A DNA stretch of 64,000 bases from an uncultured Methanosarcinales archaeon. Its GTDB lineage: Archaea; Nanobdellota; Nanobdellia; Woesearchaeales; GW2011-AR9. Positions 18,805-28,408 of the stretch are shown piece by piece. Numbering within the stretch: position 1 is the first letter of the stretch; every line of letters begins with the position of its first letter. The stretch spans positions 224,001 through 288,000 of the forward strand of contig CAYFMJ010000001.1 in assembly GCA_964344235.1 (NCBI GenBank). Reading direction: 5' to 3'. The translations under genes were made by a program, and so were the position numbers. The notes below the pieces were generated by a model, which saw only the letters and a program-made list of their open reading frames with translations, made no database searches and was not told the DNA's origin.

Positions 18805-19660
18805 GGCAATTTTTGTCATGGCCCTTAGTATTTTGTTGTTTGTTGTAAGTTGTGGTCCAGGAAGTGGCGATGATGTGTTACAGTATAATTTCCAAACAGG
18901 AACAAGTGGTTTACAAATCGATTTATTTGAAAATGCTCCTCCCAGGGAGATTTATCAAGATTCTTCGTTTGGCATTGCGGTTGAATTAGATAACCAGGCA
19001 GCGTATGATATTCCTGGGGGGATTGTGACAATTGTTGGTTTAGATCAAACGTATTTCTATGTGTTTCCTCCAGAACAACCGTTTGGTCCATTGCTGGGAA
19101 GGAGTGCGTTGAGTCCTTCGGGGGATAAAACAGTTGTTGAGTTTAGTGGACAGACCCATAAGTTGTTGGGGAATGCAGAGAAACATATGGCAAATTATAT
19201 TGTGAAAGTCAATTATGTTTCGGAAATGGAGTTTACTGATACTGTGTGTATAAACCCACAGCTGTATGCGGTCTATGATTCTGGCTGTGAGTTAGATGAT
19301 ACGAAGTCATACTCTGGCCAGGGTGCACCTTTAGCAATAACAAAGATGGAGGAGATTATTTCTCCTGGTGGTAATCCTCGTGTTGAGTTCCGGTTATTTT
19401 TGAAAAATAGGGGAAGAGGAGATGTAGGAACCGTTGTGTTCGATAGAGCGCAACTTGGTGGTAAGCCACTAGATTGTCATTTCCAACGTTCAGGGTTAAA
19501 TGAGAAAGAGATACAGTTAACTGAGAAAAAACAGGATGCAGTATTGATTTGTAAGATGTCCTTATTGCATGACTTAAGTTCTTATACAACAACAATTAAT
19601 GTTCATTTTCGGTACGATTATGAGTTACAGAGTAAAGAAAGAGTGACGTTGGTGAAATAG
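18797..19660 (+). CDS. Hypothetical lipoprotein-like surface protein
   Basis: Signal ending LLFVVSC (lipobox-like); beta-rich body with Cys pairs. Confidence 0.6.
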   Translation: MNKAIFVMALSILLFVVSCGPGSGDDVLQYNFQTGTSGLQIDLFENAPPREIYQDSSFGIAVELDNQAAYDIPGGIVTIVGLDQTYFYVFPPEQPFGPLLGRSALSPSGDKTVVEFSGQTHKLLGNAEKHMANYIVKVNYVSEMEFTDTVCINPQLYAVYDSGCELDDTKSYSGQGAPLAITKMEEIISPGGNPRVEFRLFLKNRGRGDVGTVVFDRAQLGGKPLDCHFQRSGLNEKEIQLTEKKQDAVLICKMSLLHDLSSYTTTINVHFRYDYELQSKERVTLVK

Positions 19661-20077
19661 ATGAGAAAAGTTTGGTTGTTGTTGGTTGTAGTATTGGCTT
19701 TTTCGGCCGGAGGTGTTGTGGTTGAAGATTCTTCGCTGTTTCCACACTTTACCACGTTCTTTTCTGATTTTTCTGGGTCTGTTGTATACGATGTTGTTGA
19801 TGTGATTAATAATGTTGAAGGAGAGGTTATTGAAGTGAGAATTACGGAAGAAGGGTTTGTGCCTTCTGAAGTTGTTGTAGGGAAAGGGCAAGAAATTGTG
19901 TGGAGGAATGAGCGGAAAACTAAATCGTTAGTGTATGGGATGAGGGAGATTGATGATTTGAGAAGTCCTTATTTATCTGAGGGAGATGTGTTTATCTGGT
20001 CTGTTTCTGAGTTGGGAAGTTATGTATATGTCGATGCAGTTACGATTGGAAGAACTGGGAAGATAATTGTTCGTTAA
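19661..20077 (+). CDS. Secreted cupredoxin-like protein lacking Cu ligands
   Basis: VRITEEGFVPSEVVVGKGQEIVWRN and SPYL.EG....GSYVYVD; no Cys or His at ligand positions. Confidence 0.6.
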   Translation: MRKVWLLLVVVLAFSAGGVVVEDSSLFPHFTTFFSDFSGSVVYDVVDVINNVEGEVIEVRITEEGFVPSEVVVGKGQEIVWRNERKTKSLVYGMREIDDLRSPYLSEGDVFIWSVSELGSYVYVDAVTIGRTGKIIVR

Positions 20078-20313
20078 GCTTTTGCTTTGGCGATGGCAGC
20101 TTCGATTTTTTTCTCATGGAAGCCAATGATTATCTCTTTATTAATTTCTAAGACTGGTGTTACTAACTGACTTGTTTTCTCAAGTAGGTCATCCCAGTAT
20201 TTACTTTCATCCATAACATCTAAGAATTCAAATTTGATCCGTTTTCGTTTAAGCCACTTTTGTAAGTCCATTGACCACTGACAACTGGGGCTTCCGTAGA
20301 GTTTGATATCCAT
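20074..20313 (-). CDS. Glutaredoxin/NrdH-like protein (CxxS)
   Basis: LYGSPSCQWS, VTPVL, IIGF. Confidence 0.8.
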   Translation of the reverse strand: MDIKLYGSPSCQWSMDLQKWLKRKRIKFEFLDVMDESKYWDDLLEKTSQLVTPVLEINKEIIIGFHEKKIEAAIAKAKA

Positions 20314-20365
20314 TACGGAGCTAGGGAGATAGTTTTATATATATTTTTTCGTTTATTTTGAAGTT

Positions 20366-20716
20366 ATGAACGAAAAAAAGGTGTTGGTGATAGCGAATGT
20401 TTCTTTAGTTTTGATTGCGATGTTGCTTTCATTAACGTTATTTGGTGTTGAATTACCATCATTGGGTCAGGCAATACATACATTAGATTCCTCTGAACCA
20501 TTTTGTGTCGTTGAGTTTAATAGTGAGGCCAGGGAAATGATTGATATTGATGCGTGTTGTATTGCAGCACGGAAACAATTGAAGTGTGTTACGCAAGGAG
20601 CTGAGGTTGGAGGAGAGGATGTTAGTTTACATTGTTCTACCGCTTCATCTGTTCCGAGTTATTGGTTGAATAATAAAGCCCATTATTATTGTACAGAAAC
20701 GGGGATTTGGCGATGA
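20366..20716 (+). CDS. Hypothetical membrane-anchored Cys-rich protein
   Basis: N-terminal TM, six Cys in the soluble part; overlaps the GH3 start. Confidence 0.55.
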   Translation: MNEKKVLVIANVSLVLIAMLLSLTLFGVELPSLGQAIHTLDSSEPFCVVEFNSEAREMIDIDACCIAARKQLKCVTQGAEVGGEDVSLHCSTASSVPSYWLNNKAHYYCTETGIWR

Positions 20717-21798
20717 AGTTTACAATGAGAAGTACGCAGGAGAAAGTGTTTATTGTTCTTGTAGTGGTGGTGTTAGTTCTTGGTTCATTAAATGTAGTGA
20801 AAGCAAAGGGTTTGTTGATCCCCGAGCAACCAGGCATTATGATTGAAGAGGGGGTGGTTGAGTTAGATTCATTAACGCTTGAACAGAAAATTGCACAAAT
20901 GGTGATTGTGCATGGTGGTTTACACAACAGAGAGGCGTGGAAAAAGATGCAACTGGGTGGGATTCATCAGTTTGCTCTTGCATCACCGCAGTTGTTTAAG
21001 GATATTGTTGGATCATTTCAAGAGGATATGGAAATTCCATTTTTTGTGACAGCTGATTTAGAGGGGTGTTTAAACCCGTTTGCGGCTTTCCATAATTCAA
21101 CGTTTATCAGTGAGATTAGTAGTGTGGAACAAGCGTTTGAGAAAGGGAAGCAGGAAGGAGCATTTTTACGATCACTTGGATTTACATTGAACTTTGCACC
21201 GGTTGTTGATTTGGATGATCATATCTGGGATTGTCGTTCGTTTCCCGGAGGGCCAGCAGAAGTGGGAGAGTTAGCGGGGGCGTATGTTAATGGTTTACAG
21301 AGCCAAGGTGTTATTGCAACAGCAAAGCATTACCCAGGGAAGACATTAGTAATATTAGACCCTCATAAAGAGTTAGTAGTGGCAGAGATTGGTGAAGATG
21401 ACTTGCATCCCTATGAATACTTGGTGCAAGAGACGGATGTGGCAAGTATTATGGTGAGTCATTTGATTGTTTTTGGTGCACTTGATTCTTCGGGAGTTCC
21501 ATCTGTCGTTTCAGGAGAGGTTATTGGGAATTTACGGGAAGAGTATGGTGGATTAATTATTACGGATGACACAATGATGTTGGGTCTTAGAAAGTTTTTT
21601 GATACCGCTGATGAATTGTATGTTGCGGTGTTTCAGGCAGGGGCAGATTTAGTGATTAATTTTGATGAAGACCCCGAAGAAATTTATAGGATGATTCAGG
21701 TTGTTGCGAGTGCAGTTGAAAGTGGAGAGATTAGTCAAGAAGCGATTGATAATTCGGTAAGAAGAATTTTAGAAGCGAAAGGATTTATTGTTGTTTAA
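20713..21798 (+). CDS. Glycoside hydrolase family 3, NagZ-like, with N-terminal signal/anchor
   Basis: TLEQKIAQM, DLEG, NFAPVVD, RSF, AKHYPG...DPH, IMVSH, IITDD. Confidence 0.85.
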   Translation: MKFTMRSTQEKVFIVLVVVVLVLGSLNVVKAKGLLIPEQPGIMIEEGVVELDSLTLEQKIAQMVIVHGGLHNREAWKKMQLGGIHQFALASPQLFKDIVGSFQEDMEIPFFVTADLEGCLNPFAAFHNSTFISEISSVEQAFEKGKQEGAFLRSLGFTLNFAPVVDLDDHIWDCRSFPGGPAEVGELAGAYVNGLQSQGVIATAKHYPGKTLVILDPHKELVVAEIGEDDLHPYEYLVQETDVASIMVSHLIVFGALDSSGVPSVVSGEVIGNLREEYGGLIITDDTMMLGLRKFFDTADELYVAVFQAGADLVINFDEDPEEIYRMIQVVASAVESGEISQEAIDNSVRRILEAKGFIVV

Positions 21799-22540
21799 TT
21801 TTATTTGCTTGTGGTTCTACCTTCTTTTCTTTATACGTTGTTAGGGTTGTGTGGTGTAGTGCGATTGTTTGATTGTCTTCTAGCGGTTCCCAGATGATTT
21901 CTTGTAGTTGTGGGATAATTTCAGAACTTACAACGACCATCTCTTCAGTTCTGCCTAAAGACATTTGCAGGTATTTTTTGTGGGAACCTTTACGTATGGC
22001 GATAAATGATACCTCTTTATTTGAGAAGATAAAGTTTGAACTGGTATTGTTATTTAATGATTGCAATGCTGTTTTGATTGCTTCTGTTGCTTTTGCTGTT
22101 TGTAAATTCGTTAGGATGGAGTAAAATAATTGTTCAGAATCTGTTGAGCCCCTTGGCGTGAATTCTGGTGAGAATGGAATGGCCTCTTCAATCGTACCAT
22201 TGTGGCAGAAAACAAATTCATTCTTTTGGAATGGATGAGTGTTGGCCATACTCTTGTTCCCTACACTACCATAGCGAGCATGAATTATTGCTAGGGTTGT
22301 GTTGAGGTTGCGGAATTGTTCTACTAGTGGGTCTTCGAAGATTGGTTGCAGTGATTTGTGGATGTTCCATTCGCCGTTTTGTAAGAATGCGATACCCCAG
22401 CCGTCGGGATGTGTCCAGGAACCCAAGCCTTTTTCGCTATTATTTTCATGGAGCATGGTTTGGTCCCTCGCCATCTCAATAAGGCCTTCAAATAAGGGGT
22501 TTAGGTCCACGTTTCCTGTAGCAATAAGCATTCGACACAT
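21785..22540 (-). CDS. Class II glutamine amidotransferase (YafJ/EgtC-like), copy 1
   Basis: N-terminal MCRM, DGWGIA, HAR, NTHPF, FCHNGTI, TDSE. Confidence 0.88.
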   Translation of the reverse strand: MCRMLIATGNVDLNPLFEGLIEMARDQTMLHENNSEKGLGSWTHPDGWGIAFLQNGEWNIHKSLQPIFEDPLVEQFRNLNTTLAIIHARYGSVGNKSMANTHPFQKNEFVFCHNGTIEEAIPFSPEFTPRGSTDSEQLFYSILTNLQTAKATEAIKTALQSLNNNTSSNFIFSNKEVSFIAIRKGSHKKYLQMSLGRTEEMVVVSSEIIPQLQEIIWEPLEDNQTIALHHTTLTTYKEKKVEPQANKIKQQ

Positions 22541-22677
22541 TTTGAATATAGTAAAGTGTATACTGGTATAATTGTTGTATTTAAATACTTTTCGATGTAG
22601 TGGTCTATATCTGTGTTTTTTCCCTTTGGCTGGCGTTTTTTGTTTCTTTTTTTGTTTCTGGGTAGAAATCGCGTTGT

Positions 22678-23289
22678 TTATTGTTGATTTGGCGTAGAAA
22701 AGAGGATCATTCTATGGTCTCTGTACTTTTTGGTTCGTAATGAGTCAAACGCGTCTTTCATGACGTTTTCGGGCACAGAGAGGCCGCCAAGAGCGGGATC
22801 AACGAGATGGAAGTAATTATTGTTGTATCCATGTATAATTATGTAATTTGAGGTGTTTCTCTTTTCATTACGGATGGGTTTGACGTTTAACCGTAGGAGG
22901 AGGATATTATTTTTTGAGAGTTCTTTTATTTCATTAAGTGTGATTGTTCGTTCTGTTATGGGGATATTGTTTGTTATTGCTGCTTTTCTGTGTTTATCTT
23001 CAGAGAATTCCGCGTGGTGGACGTCTTCTTTTGTGTAACGATAGAAACGGTAGTCGGGGAATGAGTAGTTTTGGGTTCCTACGACGATTTTTGGTTTGAG
23101 TTTGTGTTGGTGGGCATAGTTGGCTAGGGCGTAGATTGAAGAGGCTCTTGTTGGGAGGGTGGCAGTTTGGTGCCAGATATCAAATTCTTTTTCTTTTGTT
23201 TTTGGAATCTCTGGGTTGAAGTGATGAAGTACTGTTAATAGGGCAGAGGCTGCTGTGGTAAATGATGTTGATTGGATGTGCGGGATCAT
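22678..23289 (-). CDS. Peptidase C39-like protein with degenerate catalytic residues
   Basis: QSTSFTTAASAL (Thr at the Cys position), NYIIIHGY (Asn at the His position), HLVDP. Confidence 0.6.
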   Translation of the reverse strand: MIPHIQSTSFTTAASALLTVLHHFNPEIPKTKEKEFDIWHQTATLPTRASSIYALANYAHQHKLKPKIVVGTQNYSFPDYRFYRYTKEDVHHAEFSEDKHRKAAITNNIPITERTITLNEIKELSKNNILLLRLNVKPIRNEKRNTSNYIIIHGYNNNYFHLVDPALGGLSVPENVMKDAFDSLRTKKYRDHRMILFSTPNQQ

Positions 23290-23350
23290 TGTAGTGGGTA
23301 TAGTTGAGGTATATTAAAAATATCTTGTTTTTGAGTCACTTTGATTGAGT

Positions 23351-24091
23351 TCAATGTTCGGTTATTTCGAATGTAGTGTGGTTTATTGCAATTACTCTCT
23401 CAAAAGGTAATTCTTCCCAAGAAATACCGGGATAATGAAACTTCTCTGAGCTGATGATTAAACTTCCTTCTGTTCTTCCAATTTGCATTCTAAAGTAATT
23501 GGGGAGTGTTCTTGATGATGAATAGATGTAAGTATTTTCTTTGTTAGAAAAAATAATGTTGGAATTAGGTTTTAAATCTCGTCCATTAAACGCATCTTTG
23601 ATGGCTTCTTTAATAGGTAGGTTTTTACTTAGTATTGAAAGGAAGAACCTTTCAGAGTCCGTATCCCCCAAAGGTTTAAATTTTTTTTCATTAAATTCTA
23701 ATCCCTGTCTTATAGTCCCGTTGTGGCAGAAGATAGATTCTCTGTTTTGGAATGGGGCATTATTTTCTAATTTGTTTTCTCCAATTGACCGAAATCTTGC
23801 GTGTAGCATTACAAAATTTGTTTTAATTTTTTTAATCTCTTCAGCTTGCACATCTTCATATATTGGTCTTAACGACTTTTTTAAAATAAAATTATCTTTC
23901 TCTAGGAATGCCATTCCCCATCCATCTCTGTGTTTCGGTCCCCTGGTTAAAAACATCTCCTGCACAATTTTATCTGATAAAAGAGGAATCATGTTGGTGG
24001 TTATCTCCTTTTTATCTTCGGCCATATGTTTCATGCCTTCAAATAAATAGTTCAGATCTACCTCTCCTAAAGCAACTAGCATCCTACACAT
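23351..24091 (-). CDS. Class II glutamine amidotransferase (YafJ/EgtC-like), copy 2
   Basis: MCRM, HRDGWG, HAR, FCHNGTI, DTDSE. Confidence 0.86.
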   Translation of the reverse strand: MCRMLVALGEVDLNYLFEGMKHMAEDKKEITTNMIPLLSDKIVQEMFLTRGPKHRDGWGMAFLEKDNFILKKSLRPIYEDVQAEEIKKIKTNFVMLHARFRSIGENKLENNAPFQNRESIFCHNGTIRQGLEFNEKKFKPLGDTDSERFFLSILSKNLPIKEAIKDAFNGRDLKPNSNIIFSNKENTYIYSSSRTLPNYFRMQIGRTEGSLIISSEKFHYPGISWEELPFERVIAINHTTFEITEH

Positions 24092-24092
24092 T

Positions 24093-25388
24093 TTATAATA
24101 ATGGCTTTAATTCCTCAAGCCCGGTTTTGAATCTCTCTGCCAAATATAAATTTGCCGCAGCTGATTGTTCGGGGGTTACAGCACTTCCGTTGTAAAGTGA
24201 AGCGTGCATTCTAAGGTGGTCCATAACATCGTCTGCGACGTTTCTCCTTGAACTAACCATCTGTGTGGCGGTGGCAAGATATGGCTGATCTCTTCTGGGT
24301 AGCCCTCCTGCCGCGAAGGTTAGTGCTTCTTGAACGTACATATTTACGAGCGGATCTTTAATCCCTCTTTCAACTGCGGATTGTTCTAATCTCTTTAACA
24401 TTGTGTAGTCTGGAAGGACGACTCCCTCTGGGCCAAAATAAAAAGGTACACTCCGTGATGAAGACCCAAAGCCATAATTATCATTAACTGTGACTGGTAG
24501 GCCCTCTCTGATAATCCTGTCGTGAACTCCTTTGCTAAGTGCTTGTATTGAAAGAAAAACGTCAAGGGGACAAGAATCTCCCCCTCTTTGTTCGATTGTT
24601 CCTTTTGGGGGGAGTGCTTCTTTTGGTTTGACTCTTAGTGTTCCATATATTGTGTCGTCGGGGTCAAATCCCATGCTCTCTAACTCTTCTTCACTTATTC
24701 CAGATAATGCGGCCCAGTTTCTGTGTCTTCTGCGTCCGTAACCCATTATTTCCTCGACAGAGAGAGGGTATTCTTCCAGTTGTGCGCCAAACCTTGGGTC
24801 TGCAAATAGCGTGTTTCGCAGTAAATGGACTCTGGAGCAGTTGAAACGAGTTTCACCCTCGTCGGAGATTGGGGATGTTGAGGCTAATGCGATCCACATG
24901 GGGTCTAACGCTTGAAATAAACGGTATTGGTCCAATAGTCTGCCTTCTACTTGTGAAGTATGGTTCTGTGTTCCTACAATCCCCACTAACCGAGATAGGC
25001 CTTCTACTCCAATCGTTCTATGGTAAAAGATTGATCTTTGGCGGTTTGCGACAGTTTTTCCCACTCCTGTTGTAAACCTGCTGCCGGGGACAACAACTAA
25101 ATCATTTTCATCAGCTATGGCAAGGGTTCTTGTTAGTAGTGGGTCCATTTGCTGGTGCTCTTGATGAATTGTTTCTGCACCTCCGGGGGGCCCATTTATT
25201 TCAATAACATCTAGGGCCGGCTCTGAGGAGTATTCTACTCGCCCGTCTGACAAAAAAACACCTTGTCCGTTTCTAGTGAAACCATCTCTCCCAACAATTC
25301 TCAATTCTAGCTCTGTTCCGGTAGTTGATACTACTTCTAAGCCTACTTCTTTGGGTGGTTCTCTAGTTTGTCCTGTTGCCAAATTCAT
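24093..25388 (-). CDS. Glutamate-cysteine ligase family 2 (GCS2/YbdK/EgtA-like) carboxylate-amine ligase
   Basis: GTELEL, VIEIN, IALASTSP, SR, TIEQRGGD matching the GCS2 motif order. Confidence 0.65.
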   Translation of the reverse strand: MNLATGQTREPPKEVGLEVVSTTGTELELRIVGRDGFTRNGQGVFLSDGRVEYSSEPALDVIEINGPPGGAETIHQEHQQMDPLLTRTLAIADENDLVVVPGSRFTTGVGKTVANRQRSIFYHRTIGVEGLSRLVGIVGTQNHTSQVEGRLLDQYRLFQALDPMWIALASTSPISDEGETRFNCSRVHLLRNTLFADPRFGAQLEEYPLSVEEIMGYGRRRHRNWAALSGISEEELESMGFDPDDTIYGTLRVKPKEALPPKGTIEQRGGDSCPLDVFLSIQALSKGVHDRIIREGLPVTVNDNYGFGSSSRSVPFYFGPEGVVLPDYTMLKRLEQSAVERGIKDPLVNMYVQEALTFAAGGLPRRDQPYLATATQMVSSRRNVADDVMDHLRMHASLYNGSAVTPEQSAAANLYLAERFKTGLEELKPLL

Positions 25389-25596
25389 AAAAAATACGCG
25401 GTGGTTACTCTGTCCTTAGATTTCTTTAATCTACTTATTTAAATATCTTCCGATTCCAAAAAAAGTTGCTTTTTGTTGTTTTTGGCTCGTCTTGGGTGGT
25501 AATTAGTTTTTCTTTTGAACTTTCAACCAAAATATGGCCTATTTTTTTAATTTAATTTAGAAAATAATTTAAATAATTCTCCTTTTTGTTATTTTC

Positions 25597-26136
25597 ATGG
25601 AATTTACTAAAATTGACTCAAAAGAGATTATTAATTTGGGGGGTCAAGTGGCGTATATTGAAACGTATGCCAATGGTGATAGCGATATTAAGCGCAAGAA
25701 GATTAGTTTAGAAACACAGGAAGGAGTTATTGTTTTAGCCCGAAAGGGAGACACGTTAGTTATGGTTAACCACCATAGGCCGGAGTTTGGTGCTTTTTCC
25801 GTTGAGTTCCCGGGAGGAGGTCAAGAAAAGGGAGAGCAATCTATTTTGGCCGCAATGAGGGAATTCCAGGAAGAAACAGGTTTGATTGTTGAGAATGTAA
25901 AATCACTTGGCAGATTGTTTATCTCGGTTTACCTTAAGGGTGGATTAGAAGTTTTTGTGGGAAAGGTTGGTGATACTCCCTCTAAAGTTGAAAAAGATGC
26001 GGACGAATTTATTTTAGAAACATTATTTTTAACAAAAGGAGAAATAGAATCTCTTATTGCTAAGAATAAGATCACTTCAGCGCAAACTATTGCTGCGTTT
26101 TCTTTAGCAAAAACGAGGGGTTTTTTGGAGGCTTAA
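25597..26136 (+). CDS. Nudix hydrolase
   Basis: Nudix box GGQEKGEQSILAAMREFQEETG. Confidence 0.9.
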   Translation: MEFTKIDSKEIINLGGQVAYIETYANGDSDIKRKKISLETQEGVIVLARKGDTLVMVNHHRPEFGAFSVEFPGGGQEKGEQSILAAMREFQEETGLIVENVKSLGRLFISVYLKGGLEVFVGKVGDTPSKVEKDADEFILETLFLTKGEIESLIAKNKITSAQTIAAFSLAKTRGFLEA

Positions 26137-26967
26137 ATGAGTAATAGTTATTTTGTTATATGTGCGCATAACGAGGAGGGTACTCTTGAAAGTGTGACAG
26201 CTGACTTGCTTGAAAGGACAGATTCACCAATTGTAATTGTTGACAATGCATCGACTGATGCAACACCAAGGATAATCAAACGATTGCAACAGTCCCCACG
26301 GGTTTATGGGGTAGTAGAACCAACTCCTGGAAAGGCTCTGGCGCTAAGAGCTGGCTTTAAGTATGCACTAGCAAATGGGGCTGCTAATATTGCGACAATG
26401 GATGGTGATGGTGAACATCGTCCTGAACAAATGGTAGGCTTGATGGAAGCTCACGTTCTTGGGGATTATCCTGTCACAATTGGGACGCGATTTGGGAGTG
26501 TAGATGAGATGGCGGAAAAAGATCGTATTATTGCCAAAGCTATTGAAAGATTGACTGGAACGTTCCCCATTGATCCGAGATGTGGTGGTCGTGCATATAC
26601 TGTCAGTGTTTTAGCTCAATTATTGCCTGAATGTCTCTCAAGGACATATGGCTTGGAGGCTGAGCTTTGTTACTTGTCGCTTGATGCTGGAGAAGCAGTG
26701 CAATTCTACTCCCTTGACAATATTTACATCCGTGATAGGATCCAGCTTGAAGCAGCTCCACCTGGTTTGGAGGATTGTTCAAGTTCTGAATTAATTGATT
26801 TATATCGGGTGTTTGGCCGAGGCGACCTCCAAGCAGGAAAAAAACTTCTTGCTGCACATGATCTATTGAACGAAGCTTTTACGACGGGAACATCGTTTTT
26901 TGGTGATGTTGAAGCAGCAGGGGATAATTACGTTAAAAGAGGCAGTGTTACTGCTCCTTCAGCGTAA
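26137..26967 (+). CDS. Glycosyltransferase family 2
   Basis: ICAHNEE, VDNASTD, GKALAL, MDGDGEH. Confidence 0.85.
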   Translation: MSNSYFVICAHNEEGTLESVTADLLERTDSPIVIVDNASTDATPRIIKRLQQSPRVYGVVEPTPGKALALRAGFKYALANGAANIATMDGDGEHRPEQMVGLMEAHVLGDYPVTIGTRFGSVDEMAEKDRIIAKAIERLTGTFPIDPRCGGRAYTVSVLAQLLPECLSRTYGLEAELCYLSLDAGEAVQFYSLDNIYIRDRIQLEAAPPGLEDCSSSELIDLYRVFGRGDLQAGKKLLAAHDLLNEAFTTGTSFFGDVEAAGDNYVKRGSVTAPSA

Positions 26968-27052
26968 TTATCCCAAAAGCTTTTTAAAGAACTCCTATCC
27001 CTAGCCACTATCAGGGTATCTAAACAAAACATCCGGGTTCAAACAAACAAAA

Positions 27053-27769
27053 ATGGCCAAAAATACAAAGAAAAAAGTTAGTAGAATTAAAACAAAACGA
27101 AAGAACTGGTTTAAAGTTATTGCTCCAAAGTTATTTGGTAACAAAGAAATTGGGGAATCATACTTAACGGCTGCAGAAGATGCAGTTGGACGATCATTGT
27201 CAGTTAATTTACGAGAATTAACAGGAAATGTGAAAGATCAGAATACACATGTACAATTTAGAATTACTGGTGTAAAAGACAACCAATTACAAACTGAACC
27301 GATTGGGTATAAATTAAGCGCTTCATACGTTAAGCGGTTAGTGCGAAAAAATACTGCTCGGATTGATGATCATTTTATTCTAAAAACAAAGTCTGGTGAA
27401 ACAGCTATTCTAAAAGGGTTTGTTGTTGCAAGAAATAGAATTCAGAAGTCTGTGAAAACGGAAATTAGAAAACAACTTCATGCAGCGTTACAGGAAGAAT
27501 TGGCGAAGGTTTCGTTCTCAGAGTTTGTTGGTAATTTAGTTGCGCATAAAGTGCAGGGTGGCTTGAAGAAGAAGTTAAGTAAAGTATACCCTCTACGAGA
27601 TGTAGCGATTCGTGTGTTAACATTGGTTGAGAAGAAGAGTGCCATGGGCAGTGGTGCAGTTGAACAGCCTGCTGTTGATGAAACTCCTGCAGCTGAGGAA
27701 CCAGCACAAGAAGAAATTCCTGTTGAAGAAGTAGCAGAAGATTCAGAAGCGCAAACAGCTGAAGCGTAG
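27053..27769 (+). CDS. rps3ae: 30S ribosomal protein S3Ae
   Basis: KNWFKVIAPKLFG, GRSLSVNLRELTG, YVKRLVRKNTARID, KVYPLR. Confidence 0.95.
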   Translation: MAKNTKKKVSRIKTKRKNWFKVIAPKLFGNKEIGESYLTAAEDAVGRSLSVNLRELTGNVKDQNTHVQFRITGVKDNQLQTEPIGYKLSASYVKRLVRKNTARIDDHFILKTKSGETAILKGFVVARNRIQKSVKTEIRKQLHAALQEELAKVSFSEFVGNLVAHKVQGGLKKKLSKVYPLRDVAIRVLTLVEKKSAMGSGAVEQPAVDETPAAEEPAQEEIPVEEVAEDSEAQTAEA

Positions 27770-27781
27770 GTGTTGCTTCTT

Positions 27782-28390
27782 ATGAAATTTTTAACGTTTA
27801 CAGATGTTCATGCGGAGAAGAAAGTCATAAAGACTCTTGCGAAGAGAGCGATGCAGGATGATGTTGAATTTTCTATCTGTGCGGGGGATTTCTCTAATTT
27901 TGGCAGTGGGTTTCATGTGTTGTTAGAGGCGTTTGAGAAAATAAAGAAACCATTGTATGTTGTCCCCGGGAATCATGAGGAACATAGTGACTTTGATGGA
28001 GAGTTAGAGAAGTATGAATTCTGTCAAAGTCTCCATGGGAAAGCTATTGAGATTGGTGGTTACGTTCTAATGGGTTTTGGTGGCGGTGGTTTTTCCTTTG
28101 AAGATGCGCCTTTCCGGAAAGTATCACGTGGTTGGTATGGGAAGTATAAAGATAAGAAAACAATTCTGGTAACGCACCAAGCACCGTTTGGGACAACTCT
28201 TGATGTACTCGACTTAGGTGGCGGAGAGCGGCATGTTGGCAATAAGGATTATTTGAAGTTTGTTAAGAGAATGAAGCCGAAGTTAGCGATTTCTGGACAT
28301 TTACATGAAACGTTCGGAGAAGTTGATACCGTTGGAAAAACGAAGTTAATCAATCCCGGTGATGAAGGGATGGTTGTTGAGCTCCCTTAG
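27782..28390 (+). CDS. Calcineurin-like metallophosphoesterase
   Basis: TDVH, AGDFS, PGNHE, VTHQAP, SGHLHE. Confidence 0.9.
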   Translation: MKFLTFTDVHAEKKVIKTLAKRAMQDDVEFSICAGDFSNFGSGFHVLLEAFEKIKKPLYVVPGNHEEHSDFDGELEKYEFCQSLHGKAIEIGGYVLMGFGGGGFSFEDAPFRKVSRGWYGKYKDKKTILVTHQAPFGTTLDVLDLGGGERHVGNKDYLKFVKRMKPKLAISGHLHETFGEVDTVGKTKLINPGDEGMVVELP

Positions 28391-28408
28391 AGATTCTGAC
28401 CTACTGCG

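Noticed and set aside
27001-27009. CTAGCCACT, a 9-nt match to the LAGLIDADG motif upstream of rps3ae
   Set aside because: Short, lies downstream of the TATA box and lacks GGACAA; compatible with chance
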